NCBI RefSeq assembly: GCF_009914755.1
Contig: NC_060942.1
DNA: 64,000 nucleotides
From: the human T2T-CHM13v2.0 reference genome, Homo sapiens
Direction: 5' to 3' (one strand)
Below the pieces are notes generated by a model. It had not been told where the DNA came from. It saw nothing but the letters and a program-made list of their open reading frames with translations, and searched no databases. The position numbers were made by a program, and so were the translations under genes. Shown piece after piece: positions 1 to 13,349 of this stretch. Position 1 is the stretch's first letter; each line of letters starts with the position of its first letter.

Positions 1-30
1 GAACTTTTAAAGAGATAAAGGACCACCTAC

Positions 31-75
31 CAGGCTTCTTCTACTGATAGTTTGCCAGTGAGAGCTCAGTAGGAA
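31..75 (-). ncRNA. Candidate 45-nt internal exon of a minus-strand spliced transcript (lncRNA or 5'UTR)
   Basis: Minus strand: T23 polypyrimidine tract (plus A-run 80-102) followed by GCAG acceptor at 76, and donor CTG|GTAGGT at 30. Confidence 0.5.
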
Positions 76-449
76 CTGCAAAAAAAAAAAAAAAAAAAAA
101 AAGGAAGATGAGGCAACAGAAAGAACCCAATAAGAGGCTTGTTGGATGTGCCCTTATCAGCATCCTCAAATGTGTTCTGCAGGGCTTCAGCTCTAGCAAA
201 TGGCAATTTGTGCTCCATGAAACAGGATCCTTATGGGAAATTCTCTTTGGGAAATGCTACATCAGTATTTATCCCCCCCTTTGAAAAATACCTAAGATAT
301 GTTTGCATATTTAAGTTGTTGAATGGCCCCAGAGTAAAGAAAACTGAGCAATTTGATTTAACCCAGTTTTTCCTGAATGTTTTTAACCAGAGGATACTTT
401 GCTGTCTTTCTTTCGGAACACTTAGGAATGCAGATTTGAGGAACGTTAC

Positions 450-508
450 CTTGGAGAAAGGCCAGCCCCCATATCATGCTCTTTATTTAGCCTATGAAGT
501 ATAACTAC
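450..508 (-). ncRNA. Candidate 59-nt internal exon of the same minus-strand transcript
   Basis: Acceptor TTTCTTCATCCCCAG| at 509 and donor AAG|GTAACG at 449. Confidence 0.45.
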
Positions 509-1669
509 CTGGGGATGAAGAAATCTTTACAGACACTGACTTGATCAATAATGGAAATGAAGTCTGTACTAAACTGGATCTATATCCTTAGCCCCTTAAA
601 CAACTAAGAGATGTCTAAATTCAAATTGATGAAAATATTTGAGTTGGAATCCCCCTTCTCAAGACCAAGAACCCAATACAATGTCAGAAACAAAGATAGG
701 AGAGTGGACTTAATTGAGAAAAATGGAAATTTGAAAGGGAAGAGTAAAAGGATTAGTGTTTCCATTAATCATCAGACAGCAGCAACTGTCTTCCTTTCCT
801 CTGGGTTTCCCTGAAGTCCTCACTAGGGCCTCACCAGAGTAAGGCTGCCCTCCACACCCATCCAATTTTGGTTAAACATCACAGGTTGTAATGATGGTTA
901 GGCTGTCCTTCGTAATGTCAATTAACTACCATCACTTCCACCTTATCCGCTGTCGTCTGTGTTCTCTCCCTGGAGTTATGCACCACACACTCCCAACCCC
1001 CATATATATCCTTGCATTTGAATATGCAGAGAGACAGTCATCTTCTCTTTTTTGGGGGTAATGCCTGCACTAGCATTTGCTCATTCTTTTTCAGCTTGAA
1101 GTATGCAAAAACTCTTGATCAAGGGTAAAATACATAGCAGAAATTGAGGTCAGACCAAAATAAATAATATACATTGCAAAACAGTCAGTTCTGAATAGCA
1201 TTTTAGAATGGTTATGGATGAGAGAATTTACACTAGAACTCATTGTCCAAGAATGTACAAAACTGTCTGCCGCTGCTCTAACTCTTTGGCTCACAGCATA
1301 AGATAAGATGGGGGGTGGGGAAAGGAAGTGTATATATGAGTGTACTGAAATGGACTGTTTCATAAGCATACAGCAGAAAGCCATTCAGAGAAGACATTTA
1401 TACTGAATAAGCACTGTGCAGAATGATGTAAAATAGGTTCTTTGCATCCTCCACAATGGCTTTTAAGGTGGAATGTTTCCAAGGCTGATTTTGTTTTCTC
1501 TCTGCCCTCATAGAAATTCAGCTCTTGATCAGAAGGAAAGCAAAATTTGGAAGAAATGTGATTATATCAAATACTGCTGGCCTAACTTGGACACTGTAAT
1601 TCTAGGAATGAAAACATGCTAGCTTGTTTTCATTAATATTACTAGAAGGTAGCCAGTTTAAAGAATATT

Positions 1670-1900
1670 GCATGGTCAGGTGGACAAATTCCACCATTCA
1701 CTGGCTGTATGACCTTGAACTTGTCAGTTACTGCTCTGGGCCTCAATTGTGAAATGGCCTGTTGAAAGTATAAAGTTGTAAAGTTGTAAATTGGCCTCGC
1801 CTGTAAAATGAGGATAATTATAGTAACTGCCTTGCATCACAGGCCTGATATTAGGGTTACATATATTTGTCAGTATTTTTAAAAACTGTCTTGCAATAAT
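1670..1900 (+). mobile_element. MIR SINE
   Basis: MIR core-like ctggctgtatgaccttg...ctgtaaaatgaggataattatagta, with an internal insertion. Confidence 0.7.
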
Positions 1901-2039
1901 ATGTACCAAATAACTTTAAAGAAATAAAAACTAGTAATTAAGTATCATCCAATTAATGTGCCAAAACTTACTTTTACTTAATTTGTTTGATTCTAATTTT
2001 GCAGCATTATCAACAGTGTTTTTGATTTATATTTCTATT

Positions 2040-2730
2040 TTGATGCATAACTATGTATATTTCCTTAGGAAAAATTCATGGACCTGGAAAGATCATGTCA
2101 TGGAACATGCAAACATTTAAGGCTTTTGGGGCATTTCTCTAAGTTTCCTAGCAGTGCATGAAAATACACATTTTTCCCACTAACATTAAGATGTTTTATT
2201 TTTTTTTTTGCCTGTTTTATTTAAAATTTATATATTTTTTGTTTTTAATTGAATTAGTACTATTTTATTTTTTCCTTTTATTGGTCATTGCATTTTCTTA
2301 ATACAGTGCCCATTTTTGGAGGTGTTTATCTTATTTTTGTTGTTCTGCAAGAGCTATTTATCATTGAAAATACGAACGTTGTCATTTAAGATTTTTTCCA
2401 GTTTATCCTTGCCTTTTTTTTTAAAAAGAATGTCTTTTTAATACCCAGAAGTCATCGTGTGTGTGCACATTTCTATGCACAATACCTACTTGTGTATATT
2501 TAAGGTACTTACATTTATCAGTCTTTTTCATTATGGTTTCTCCCTTTTTTGTGTATTCACAATGCTCTTTCCACCCAGAATCACGTAAATAAGCACCCAC
2601 AATTTATTTTAGAAAATAATTTTGCAATTTCATTTTTTTATATTTAAATATCAAATTCATGTTAAATTTATGTTGATTCTGATGTGAGTCAGGCATCTAG
2701 CTTTACTTACTTCGGAATGGTCTTGGCTCT
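2040..2730 (-). mobile_element. Old L1M (L1ME-like) fragment
   Basis: T-rich degenerate antisense L1 motifs (tatttccttagga..., tttttccagtt..., tgatgtgag); boundaries approximate. Confidence 0.5.
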
Positions 2731-3138
2731 CATTTAATTCTCACATTTTACTGAAGCCACCTCAGAGTATGCATTGCACCATTATTTTATTTCTCTTATA
2801 ACTTAATGGTGGAACTAAGGGTGCTGAAAGAAGTATAGTCAAGTGGGTAGCAGGCAACCTCTCCCAGGTGATATCCATATGTTTCTAATAGCCAGTAGAC
2901 CTGTATGAACTGAGGCTATCAGCACAATGCTTTAAAGAATAGTTGGGCTTCGGGATTTTTTAGTCTAAAACAGTTTTATTTTTCAGATTCAGTTTATGAC
3001 TAGGTTGAATAAAAACCAGCACCGTCTTCAAAGACAAATAAGAATAACTAACTGCTATTCCATGATAGTATGTAAGAAAAGGCTGGAAATACTTTCAAAT
3101 ATGTCATAGCTATAACTATAGCTATATGCCTATATGCC

Positions 3139-3440
<302 letters not shown>

Positions 3441-3683
3441 CAGCTATATGCCTTTTATACACATCTACTCTGAAGCTATTCTGTAGAGTATGCAAAGGCG
3501 TGCATATTCACCTTACTCTTTTTGTCTATGGTTCCATTGTGCCTAAATATCCAGATAAAAAATTTACAGTTCAGTTGAATATCTTCATATAAAAAACTTA
3601 CAGTTTAGTTAAATATTAGGATCAGTTAAATATTAGGATATTTAACTGAACTGTATGCCTTAATATAATACCAGACATCTGGA

Positions 3684-4133
3684 TGTGGGGGATCGGTCAG
3701 AGTGTTGGGAAAAACTATAGGAAAAGGATGCAAACCTGAAAGGTCAGAAGGTTCTGCAGAGCCTCTGGGGAGAATAGCTGAAGGCACCCGTTCTTTAACC
3801 CTGAGGCAGAGGGCAAGGAGTAGGCTCAAGCGAGTGTTGGGAAATTTATCTTAAACAAGCTTGTTTACTTAAGTTGACCAGGATCTGACCTTTGATCATC
3901 CACACGTGTGACGTTCCCTGAAAGGGGAACAATAAATGTTAATTACCTACAGGCTGTGTGGGCTCCAGGTTTTCAGCATTGTGCCTGCACTGAATAAAAG
4001 CAAGCAGATCGAGCTTCTCGGGCTGCTCTCAGGCCACTAGAGCCAGGCAGTCATCTAGCTGCTCTTACACTGCATACCTATGTCCGAGTACTCATTTTAT
4101 CCATTGGCCAGGGTCTGCGAGACAGACCCGGCA
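3684..4133 (+). mobile_element. Solo LTR22-family LTR (HERV-K HML-5)
   Basis: Starts TGTGGGGGATCGGTCAGAG, ends GACAGACCCGGCA; 450 bp with internal AATAAA. Confidence 0.8.
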
Positions 4134-4583
4134 GGTTCTGGATATATTTTTAAATATCTTGGGTTTCACTATAGGGTATCCTTTATATTTCTCTGATATA
4201 GAATGGTTAGGAGGAAGTTGATAAGCTTATTGTGCTGGACAAAGAAGCTAGCTATTTGAACGATGATTCAGAAAGTTAACTCTATAGATATGCTTAAAGT
4301 GAAAATTAAGAATGTATCCTTTATAGAGTTAGGAATCTAAAGTTACATATAGATATGCAATTAAAAAAACTGTATCTAACTGTATTGACAGAAATTCAAT
4401 TTTGTTTTCTAAAATTGCTTCCTAGAGAGGACAAGAAGTAATCTTTTTGAGACCACGGGCTCTATCTATGTAAACATAACTGAAAAGCTACCTAATAACC
4501 TTTCTTGAAGCTCATGTTAAATTCTTAAGTTTATATTCAGTAAAATTATTTGCATTTTTGCTCATTATTATTTCAGTAACAGA

Positions 4584-5152
4584 TGATCTAAGGATTTTGT
4601 AACTCATCTGTAATGGTCATTTACTTATATAATTATTCCTCAAGTTGAGCTCACACAGCCAAAATAACTTGAAAGATACTATGAAGTGTAACCCCCAAAT
4701 TCTTTACTCGTCAGGTAATACAGTCAATGGAATTTCTCCAAGTTGCAGCACTGGTTCTAGAAGGTGTTTGGTTTCATTAATATCCAAACCTATTATTAGA
4801 TGGAAATAGTATTTGCACATATAAGCTCACCCCATCATGCTAGTCTGATTGATTTGTCAACTCCCTAAAAAAAAAAAGAAGACCCACTTGGACTTGGAGA
4901 GCATGTTGGTTCTCATAAGAGGGACTGTCTGAAAAAGTCAGGAAAATTGGAGTGCAGTTCTTGTAACATGCTGCAGAAGGGAGCTGTGAGCATGTGAAAG
5001 ACCTGGACCCTGAGAAAAAAGGCCAGAGTGATATTTCCTAATTTGGTCTAAATCAGCACTGTATGTTTTACACTCCCACTATATCTACCCATGGCCCACA
5101 GGCTGATCTAAGGATTTTATACCTCATTTGTAATGGTCATTTACATATAATT
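4584..5152 (+). repeat. Dispersed ~50-bp direct repeat (4584-4634 and 5104-5152)
   Basis: tgatctaaggatttt...tgtaatggtcatttac...tataatt occurs twice, with 3 substitutions and one 2-nt indel. Confidence 0.9.
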
Positions 5153-6299
5153 CCCCACATATTGGGACAGTGGTTTTCAAATATTTTAACTCATATAATC
5201 TCACAATTTTTGAAACATGATGTCCCTCTGGCCCATTTTAATTTGTCTGAATTTTCCAATGTGAATTTTTAAAACTTTATTTTAAAATTATTATTTGGAG
5301 GGAATAATAGGTTTAATAAGATAAAATATAGTAAGAATTTATTCTAATGGAATAAGTATTTCATGTTTTGGTAAAAATAGGTTTTGACTACCTGATTAAA
5401 TACCATGTTATAATTGGATTAAGTAGGCATTAACAACTGTAATATATATATAATTTGAGAAAACAAATCATGTAAATATTCTATTAATAGGTTTTTATGT
5501 AATATGTTCTTGAAAATTGTGGTAACCCTAGAAAATATTCTAGTTTTATATTTAAAAATCAGTATCATTACCTGTACTCCTTAGGTTTTTCTGAATTCAG
5601 AACATTCTAAGGTAGGGAACATCTCATCTTTAACAGACATGAATAACAGAGAACGAAAGCCATTCAGATTTAAGATATTTTAATTAATCAAAAATGGAGA
5701 TATTATTAAAACCAGTACTTTAAATTATGACTATTTTAATGCCCAGAAAGTTTTAATGGATAGCCCAGAGCTAACCACCCCAGTATAATTTTGAAAGAGT
5801 ATAAAGTTTGCCCTTTGTTGCTGCAATGGTGACAAGACTAGTATGAATATAAGCCCCTTCTCAGGCAGACCTACTTTTGGGAAAAGCACAACTGGAATTT
5901 GATAATCTATCAATTAGTGCTCATAAAACTCGCTATACAGAAGTACTCTGTGAAATGTTTGTTCTATACCTCCAGGGTTTATGTTATCCCAGTTTCCAGA
6001 CTCCAATTTGACAGTGGATTATTAAATATCCATAAACAAATGATGAACTCAGAACTGCAAGGCAGACTATAGATCTAAACTTGGGAGTCTAGCCAAAAAT
6101 CAGCACTTGAGGACTGAAAGTGAATGAGTCCTCAAATGAGATAGAAGAGCCCAAGATAGTACATTGAGGACTAAGCTTTGGAAACACCATACTTCCATGA
6201 GGAGGAGGTGACATAACTGTGGTGAGGAGGATGGATAATGTTTTTATTCCCCTTTGTGCAGTATCCATTTGCTCTTTTGATATTTTCTGTTGAGGTCTA

Positions 6300-6720
6300 C
6301 CCACTCCTCCCAGTTTGGTGTACTTTCAAGGAAGTGAATACTACCTTAGCTCCAAGAGAAGGCACGTAACCCAAGTCTTGTCAATCAAACCTTTATATTC
6401 TTGGAGAGGTGACCAATCAGAACCACCAAGTCGCACTGATATTTTTTACCGAGTCTTCTGAAAGAGACTCATATTCTTCACCTAAATCTCTATTCCTTTA
6501 CACTAAGAACTTTTGGAAGTCCTCTTAAAACCATGAGCCAACCAGGAAAGCATCACCTAGAAACAGGAAAGGAGAAACTAGTCCTGATGCCATCCTGTGC
6601 ATTGTGAGCCTTGGGTCAAGCTTCACCCATAGCTCCATTTGCATCTAGCATGTTCAGTTTTATAAATGCAAATTGTTTTTCCCCATCAACTGAATTTGAG
6701 AATTGGGCTCTGTTACCTAG
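6300..6720 (+). mobile_element. Ancient ERVL/MaLR-type LTR remnant
   Basis: Degenerate motifs (tcctgatg...tgtgagcc...ctgttac) resembling old MLT1/LTR16-type LTRs. Confidence 0.4.
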
Positions 6721-6881
6721 GACCAGCTATAATTGATACAAGACATATGCAAACTTTTTATTTTCTAAAATGGGGTGTGAAAAGCTACACACCATACATT
6801 GTATGCTTTCTTTAAATCATTCTCTGACATTTTAATAGTTGTCTTAGGGTGGACATTGTTGGCCAGTTACACCTGTATGCT

Positions 6882-7274
6882 TGATATGGGTTGGCTGTTT
6901 CATCCCCTCCAAATCTCATGTTTAAGTATGACCTCTAATGTTGGAGGTGGGCCTAGTGGGATATGTTTGAGTCATGGGGGCAGATCCCTCATGAACAGCT
7001 TAGCGCCCTCCCCGTGGTAATCAGTCAATGCAAGATCTGGTTGGGAGCCTGGGACCTTCCCCTCTCTCTCACTCTCTCTCTTGCCTTGTGATTTGCTGGT
7101 TCTCCCTTTGTTTTCTGCCATGATTAGAAGTTTCCTGAGGCCTCACTGGGAGCAGATGCTGGCACTGTGCTTCTCATATAGCCTGCAGAACTGTGAACCC
7201 AAACAAACCTCTTTTCTTTATAAATTACCAAGCCCCAGGTATTCCTTCACAGTGATGCAAAATGGACTAACACA
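6882..7274 (+). mobile_element. MST-family (MSTB-like) MaLR solo LTR
   Basis: TGATATGG...GGACTAACACA termini; perfect 5-bp TSD ATGCT at 6877-6881 and 7275-7279. Confidence 0.9.
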
Positions 7275-8269
7275 ATGCTCCAAATGATTAATTGCTTTTC
7301 AACATGATTAACTCATTCCCACAGCATGTATGTATGCATGCATTATGTATGTATAGACATATTTACACACATGTGCATTAACTTGTACTTTTCCTGAAAC
7401 AAAGTATAAATTAATTATAAAAAGCGATATATATCTTAGAATAAATTTTTTTAAATATAAGTTTTCAAATATAATTCAGTACTTTAAAAATTATCTAGAA
7501 TTTGCTAAGATTTTCTGGATATTACTGTCAAGAATGAGTCAATTCATGGCATTTCTTTTATAATTAGAAGCCACCCATTCCACAGCTGAGTGCCTCAAAG
7601 CATCAAAGGAACTTGGTATCAAAAATCCCTTTGAAAACATACATTCGTGCTTTCATCATTTTATGAATAAAATAGATTATTAAATATCTGATAATAATTC
7701 TTCCAATTAAATATTCCCAATTGATAATTTTAATTTTTTTCTCTCATTTGTTTCCTTTTTCTTATAGGGAATGGAAAAATATCTTAGTTATACTATATAC
7801 AAATTAACAGTACAAGAGTTCTCTTTGGAAGATATGCTTTTTAAAGTCTCAAGTTGGACAATATGATGAAAAAAATGTATTGACCAATATTGTTTTACTA
7901 ATCTTGGGTTTCAGCTCATTAGTAAACAGCTGACTAATTTTTTGAAGAGTTTAGTATATTGTTCCACTGAAAATTTGAAACCTATAGTTACAGAATTAGG
8001 GCCTTAAATATAGAAGGATGTTTATTTATCTACAGGATATATTAAGATATTATCGGATTCAACCATGATACTGAGAAGTAGCAGAATAATGCACTAACGA
8101 GAAAGGGGGAAAAAGGAGGTAGTTTCTTGAATTTGTCTACAGAATTTTTCAGTCTTTCAAAGAGCAAGGAATGAAGAAAATATTTTTGAAGTTGACAAGA
8201 AGGACACTGCTAGTTACCTTCAGAGATCAGTTTCCATAGCCCAACACAAATTAAGATCATATTTCTTTT

Positions 8270-9380
8270 TTGAAATATATTTCTCATGAAACGTGACAAA
8301 CATACTAAAGTTACAAAGAACAATATCATGGACATAGTGTCCTTACTCATCACAAAACTATTGACTTAATATTTTTCTTTATTCACAACAGATTTATAAG
8401 AATAATAAAATGTTCTACATACACATTAAACCTCAGTATCCTCTTCCCCAATCATAATCTACTCTTTCTTCAGAGGAAAACACTATGCTACATTTATCAT
8501 TCCCCTGCATAATTTTTATACTTCTACTACATATGTATGCATTCAAAAATCATACGTAGTAGTGTTTTGCATTTATTAACTTAATATAAACTCTGATGGC
8601 ATGAATGATTAAATTATTATTTCAATCAAGACTTTGAGAATTTTTTAAGGTAGATATTTATGGTTATAATTCATTTATTTAAACCATTATATAGTATTTT
8701 ATTGAATAAATACATACAACTCAACTATTCTCAGGTTATTTCTACTTTTCTTTGTTCTTTCTTCTTCTCTTTGCTATCACACATAGTGATGCAATGAGCA
8801 TTTTGGCATTTATATCTTCACTTACATATACAAGAGTTTCCAAGGTGTGTACCTAGGAATGGAACTTCTAGTTTATGGATATATAGAGAAAGAGATATAT
8901 GATTTTCATAGTAGTTGTACCAATTTATACTAGGAGTTCAAGTTTCCTCAATCCTCTGTCTCAACTAGCGAACATTTTTCCAATTGAATTGTTATTTAGT
9001 GATATTGCATTGCTTTTATTGATGGCATTTCCCTGACTATTGGTGAGACGTAGCATAGAGTCAAATATTCTTGACAATTCACAATTCCTCATCTGTGAAT
9101 TCACTATTCATATCACTTTGTCTATTTCTATTGAGTTGTTGGTCTTTTTTCTGATTTAAGTTTTATTTATATATTTTATGCAGTAATTACTTATTGATTA
9201 TTTGGGTTATACATCTTCTCCCTATCTAAGGTTTGTCTTTCGTTTATGGTGTCTTTTGCTGAAAAGACTTTTTTATTTTTTAATGTTCTCAGTAGTGTCA
9301 GTCTTTTACATTAAGGATCATTCTTTTGTATATTGTCTGAGAAATATTTTTCTACTCACAGTTATTTTTCCCATTTTCTA
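8270..9380 (-). mobile_element. Old L1M fragment
   Basis: Antisense L1 motifs acctaggaatggaactt, gttgtaccaatttatac, gcatttccctgact. Confidence 0.65.
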
Positions 9381-9947
9381 CTAGAAACCAGGTTTTAGGG
9401 AGTGACAAAAGAGATATACATTTATTTTAAAAATCAGTGACACACATTTTAAAATGTATGACTGTGTTAAAACAAGAAAGGGAGGTGATTAGAGTAATAG
9501 TGTATATAAGGAGATCTGTTTTGTTGCTTTTCAAAATAGGACAGATGTGTGAAAGGATAAAGAGAACAAGTTGGGATTTAAAAAGCCATTGTTAATGTTG
9601 ACTATTAAGATGGTATAAGCATGTGGGTGACGTCCCTCAGGAGTGGAAACAGATAACATATGTGATAACGTTAATAAAGCATTGACCCCAATGTATTTTT
9701 GTCTCCCAATATGTTTAATAATATTGAATACATAAATAGACCACTAGGCAAAGCCAAAAGAGCTCAGTTTGGGTTCTGATAAATGCACTGATTTTTCTAT
9801 TAGTAATAGAAACAATTAGGATGTCTCATAATTTTTATTTGTGGAAACAAAGAAAATATAGGAGAGACAGACACAGAGCCTATGGAAATGCAAATGTGAA
9901 CTCTATTGCCATATTTTGCTTTCACAGATGATTAAAATATATTTTAT

Positions 9948-10270
9948 AGCCATGCCTGGTGGCTCGTGCCTGTAATCCCAGCACTTTGGGAGGCCAAGGC
10001 AGGCAGATCACCCAAGGTCAGGAGTTTGAGACCAGACTGGCCAACATGGTGAAATCCCATCTCTACTAAAAATAGAAAAATTAGCTGGGCATGGTGGTGC
10101 ACACCTGTAATCCCAGCTACTGGGGAAGCTAAGGCATGAGAATTGCTTGAATCCAGGAGGCAGAGGATGCAATGAGCCGATATTGCATCACTGCCCTCCA
10201 GCCTGGGCAACAGAATGAGACTCTGTGTCTCAATGAAAAAATAAATAAATAAAAACATATAGAAATAAAA
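9948..10270 (+). mobile_element. AluS (Sx-like) SINE
   Basis: Full dimer with A-rich tail; approximate TSD aaaatatattttat / aaaataaattttac. Confidence 0.95.
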
Positions 10271-10379
10271 TAAATTTTACGAGAAAGACTACATCTCAGC
10301 CACTGATGCATTCGGTCCACAGATTGGATCTCCAACCACAGAGAAGGAGTCTCTAGGAAAGAGCCTCAGATAAAAAATG

Positions 10380-10545
10380 GAATGACTTTAGGGATGGAAA
10401 AGGTCCTAGAGATCATCTTGCCCAATGCTCCCATTTCACAGCTGATGAAACTGAAGCCCCAAATGGTTAAGTAACTTACTCAAGATCACACCACTAATTA
10501 TTGGCAGAGTTGGGAGCCAAGTTTTGTTTCTAATTCTGCTTCTGA
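10380..10545 (-). mobile_element. MIR/MIR3 SINE
   Basis: cccatttcacagctgatgaaactgaagccc...caagatcacac antisense core. Confidence 0.75.
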
Positions 10546-11939
10546 TGAGCCCCATGACAATAGAGCAAGTGCTGAGTGTACTTTAGCTACCTCTGTTGTT
10601 AAATGGAGTTAATACTCCCTAGTTCTTCAATATTTCACAAGCGTGTTGTTAGAGTTTCTGTGATTTGTGAGAATATATTTTAGCTTCTGTAAAAAGTAAA
10701 TTGTTCATTACCATTCTATCAATTTGAATTCTTTGGTGACAAGCAACAGAAAACACACACAGCTTACCTAAGCAAAAAGTGGATTTACCAGAACCACATG
10801 AGAAAGCTCAGGGATTGAATAACTGGGTTGGTCCAGAAGAGAACAGAGGATGCTGGGAGTGGGAATAGCCTCACCGTCTTACCAGGCACTACTGTTGGGA
10901 TGACTGTTCCTCAGCTGATCCTTCATCTCATCTCCTAAGGTTTCAAAATTGTGGAAGAGAGAATCAATTGGCTCTAATTAAATCCCAAATCTATCCTCTT
11001 TGCATCAACAGAGCAATGAGAAAAAATTTATCACGAAGAGTCTCCAGAAACCTCATTGGTTTCCTTAGCAAGAGGAATGAGCATCTTGCTTATTGGCTTA
11101 CGAAGATGACTTACAGGGAGGAAGAGTAAGTTTCCCAAAGGAAATGGAGATGCTATTAGGAAGTGGAACTCATGCATGACTAACCCCCCCAAAAAACAAA
11201 TAAATACAGCCACCATATTTAGGTTCTTTGTTGAATTTTGCATTTGATGTGAGAGGCCTAGGGATAAAAGCAATAAATATAGGTCATATCTTCCTGATTA
11301 AAAAGGGCAACCTGGTATTATTCTGCTGGCTAATTTAGAACTCTCAACAAGTCAATTGAGTTTGTCACATAAGAAAGCCAATGTCAGAGTAAACTTTTAA
11401 ATGATCAATTTGCTCATTATGTAGGCACAACCTGCTCTCATGACCCTTTTAATACAGCTGCCAATGTTGCATAGGATTTAAAAGATAAAGAAAAATCTTT
11501 CCATTTAAATTTAGATCTAGACAGTAAGCTGAGCACCTGTTGATCAAAAAAACCAATTCAATCTGATCTCCCATTGACTTAATTTGACTTAGTGTATGTT
11601 TATTGTAAGGCACCTCCTAGACTCAGACCTGTATGATTGTAAATATAAAGGAATTCCTCTATATTTGGTTCATATACTTAATTTCTCTAGATCTACAGCA
11701 GCAATCATTTTATTAGAAAGACAGGAATTTAAGCCAACTCTTTTTTCTATCTCTGGTTTAAATTTCTTCACTCTCTGGGGAAAAAAATGTATTTCTAAAA
11801 ATATTAATGATGGTGTGAATATATATTTTTCTTAAAAATATGTGTGTAGAAATTTGAAAATCCTAAATTACGTAAAAGCTAAAAGGAGGAGGGAGTCAAA
11901 AGTGTATTTATCTTTAAATGTCATATAAATTTACCTCCA

Positions 11940-12620
11940 GTATTTGTTCCCACAATTACCTCCACCTCCCACTGTACACGGGACAAAATCCGTTTCAAGG
12001 GAGGAGTGATCTTTTAGAACAAATAAGATCATGTTACTCCTCCATATGAAATTCTTCACTGGTTCCTCATAACGTTGAGGTTGGAGTGCAACTCTCTTCA
12101 CACAAAGACATGAAGAGCCCCTCAGTTCAGCCCTCTGCTGGCCTCCCCTTCTCCGCTCTCCCTCTTGGTCACCATAATTCACTCTACAATCAGCTATGCA
12201 CAACTATTTGAGGTTTCCACAACTTGTCACTGAATCTCTCACTTTTGCTCCCCCCACCCTAGAACACCTTCTCTCCTTCCTTTATGAATCCATCCCTCCT
12301 TGCTGTCTCCACTCGTCACTATTCCCCATTCCAAATCCCTTCTTCCATCAGCTTTGTTCACTACGCAATGCTCAGCTCAGGTGTCTTCCCTCCAGAAACT
12401 TCCCTTGCACCTTCCCTTTCGTGGCCCAGTAATAACATGCTACACATGGCCACTACCATCATAGCTGTCATCACACTGCACTGTCTTATGCATTTATTAA
12501 TCTAGCACCTCCATTAAAACCATGAACTCCCGGACAACACAGTGTGTATCTTATTCTTTGTACTTCCAGTACCTGACACAATATCTGCTACAAAATATGT
12601 GATAAATAAATGTTTCTTGA
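11940..12620 (+). mobile_element. L2 3' fragment
   Basis: Ends with L2 terminus ccagtacctgacacaatatctg...aataaatgtttcttgaa. Confidence 0.75.
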
Positions 12621-13009
12621 AGAAAACAGAATCACTCTGTTGTTTTTTATATCAGAGTTAAAGAGACATCATTATTATGCTCATCCTCATTTTCTGCCAT
12701 GAATGAAAGTCAGTATTATAATCCATCTATCCTCCTCATGCTGAGAAAAAAAATAACTATATCCTCTCTGCTTAAAGAAAATTTACAAGAGTGTGTTCGG
12801 TCATCATTGCATACTAAATTAGGCTTGAGTGCAATTATCTATTCATCTGGCCTCCTGCTTGGATAACTGTAGAGTTTTTCAGTCGGTGTGAAAACCTCAG
12901 AAGACTTATTTCACAGGCAATCAGGGCATGATTGGAAGAGCACTGGCTTAGATTCTTATGGAGTTCATTTGCTAGAGGAACTGGAGGGTGCAAAACCAGA
13001 GAGACTCAC

Positions 13010-13140
13010 CTGATCTCAGTGTGATTTGATGTGATAGTTTCCAAGCAAAAAGCAAAGGACAGATGCAGAGGTAGAGGCAGTGTCTTGTATTTTTCAGCAG
13101 CATAGAAGCAGTAGTGGCTCCTTGAATGTTAAGGGCTTCA
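13010..13140 (-). ncRNA. Candidate first exon of minus-strand transcript
   Basis: Consensus donor CAG|GTGAGT at 13009; TATA-like CATATAA ~30 nt upstream of the inferred start; unique sequence. Confidence 0.5.
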
Positions 13141-13167
13141 CAAAGATAAAGGAACACTTCTCCAGTG

Positions 13168-13179
13168 TTATATGCAAAT
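13168..13179 (-). promoter_or_regulatory. Overlapping TATA-like box and perfect octamer (ATGCAAAT)
   Basis: Plus strand ttatATGCAAAT; minus strand ATTTGCATATAA. Confidence 0.45.
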
Positions 13180-13349
13180 GGACCAGAAGTGGCAACTGGT
13201 AGACTAGAATCAAAGGAATGAGCTGTATTGCAACTTGAAAGGCCACTAATATTTCAGTCTAAATTATCTTTCTCAGATTTACTACCTACCACTGGTGAGG
13301 CTGACAAAAGATGAGGTTAGCTGAATGAATAATCAAGTTCCCAGGTCTT

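Noticed and set aside
9944-10258. 104-aa ORF and similar ORFs at 3134, 26719, 31941 and 60723
   Set aside because: Antisense Alu translations
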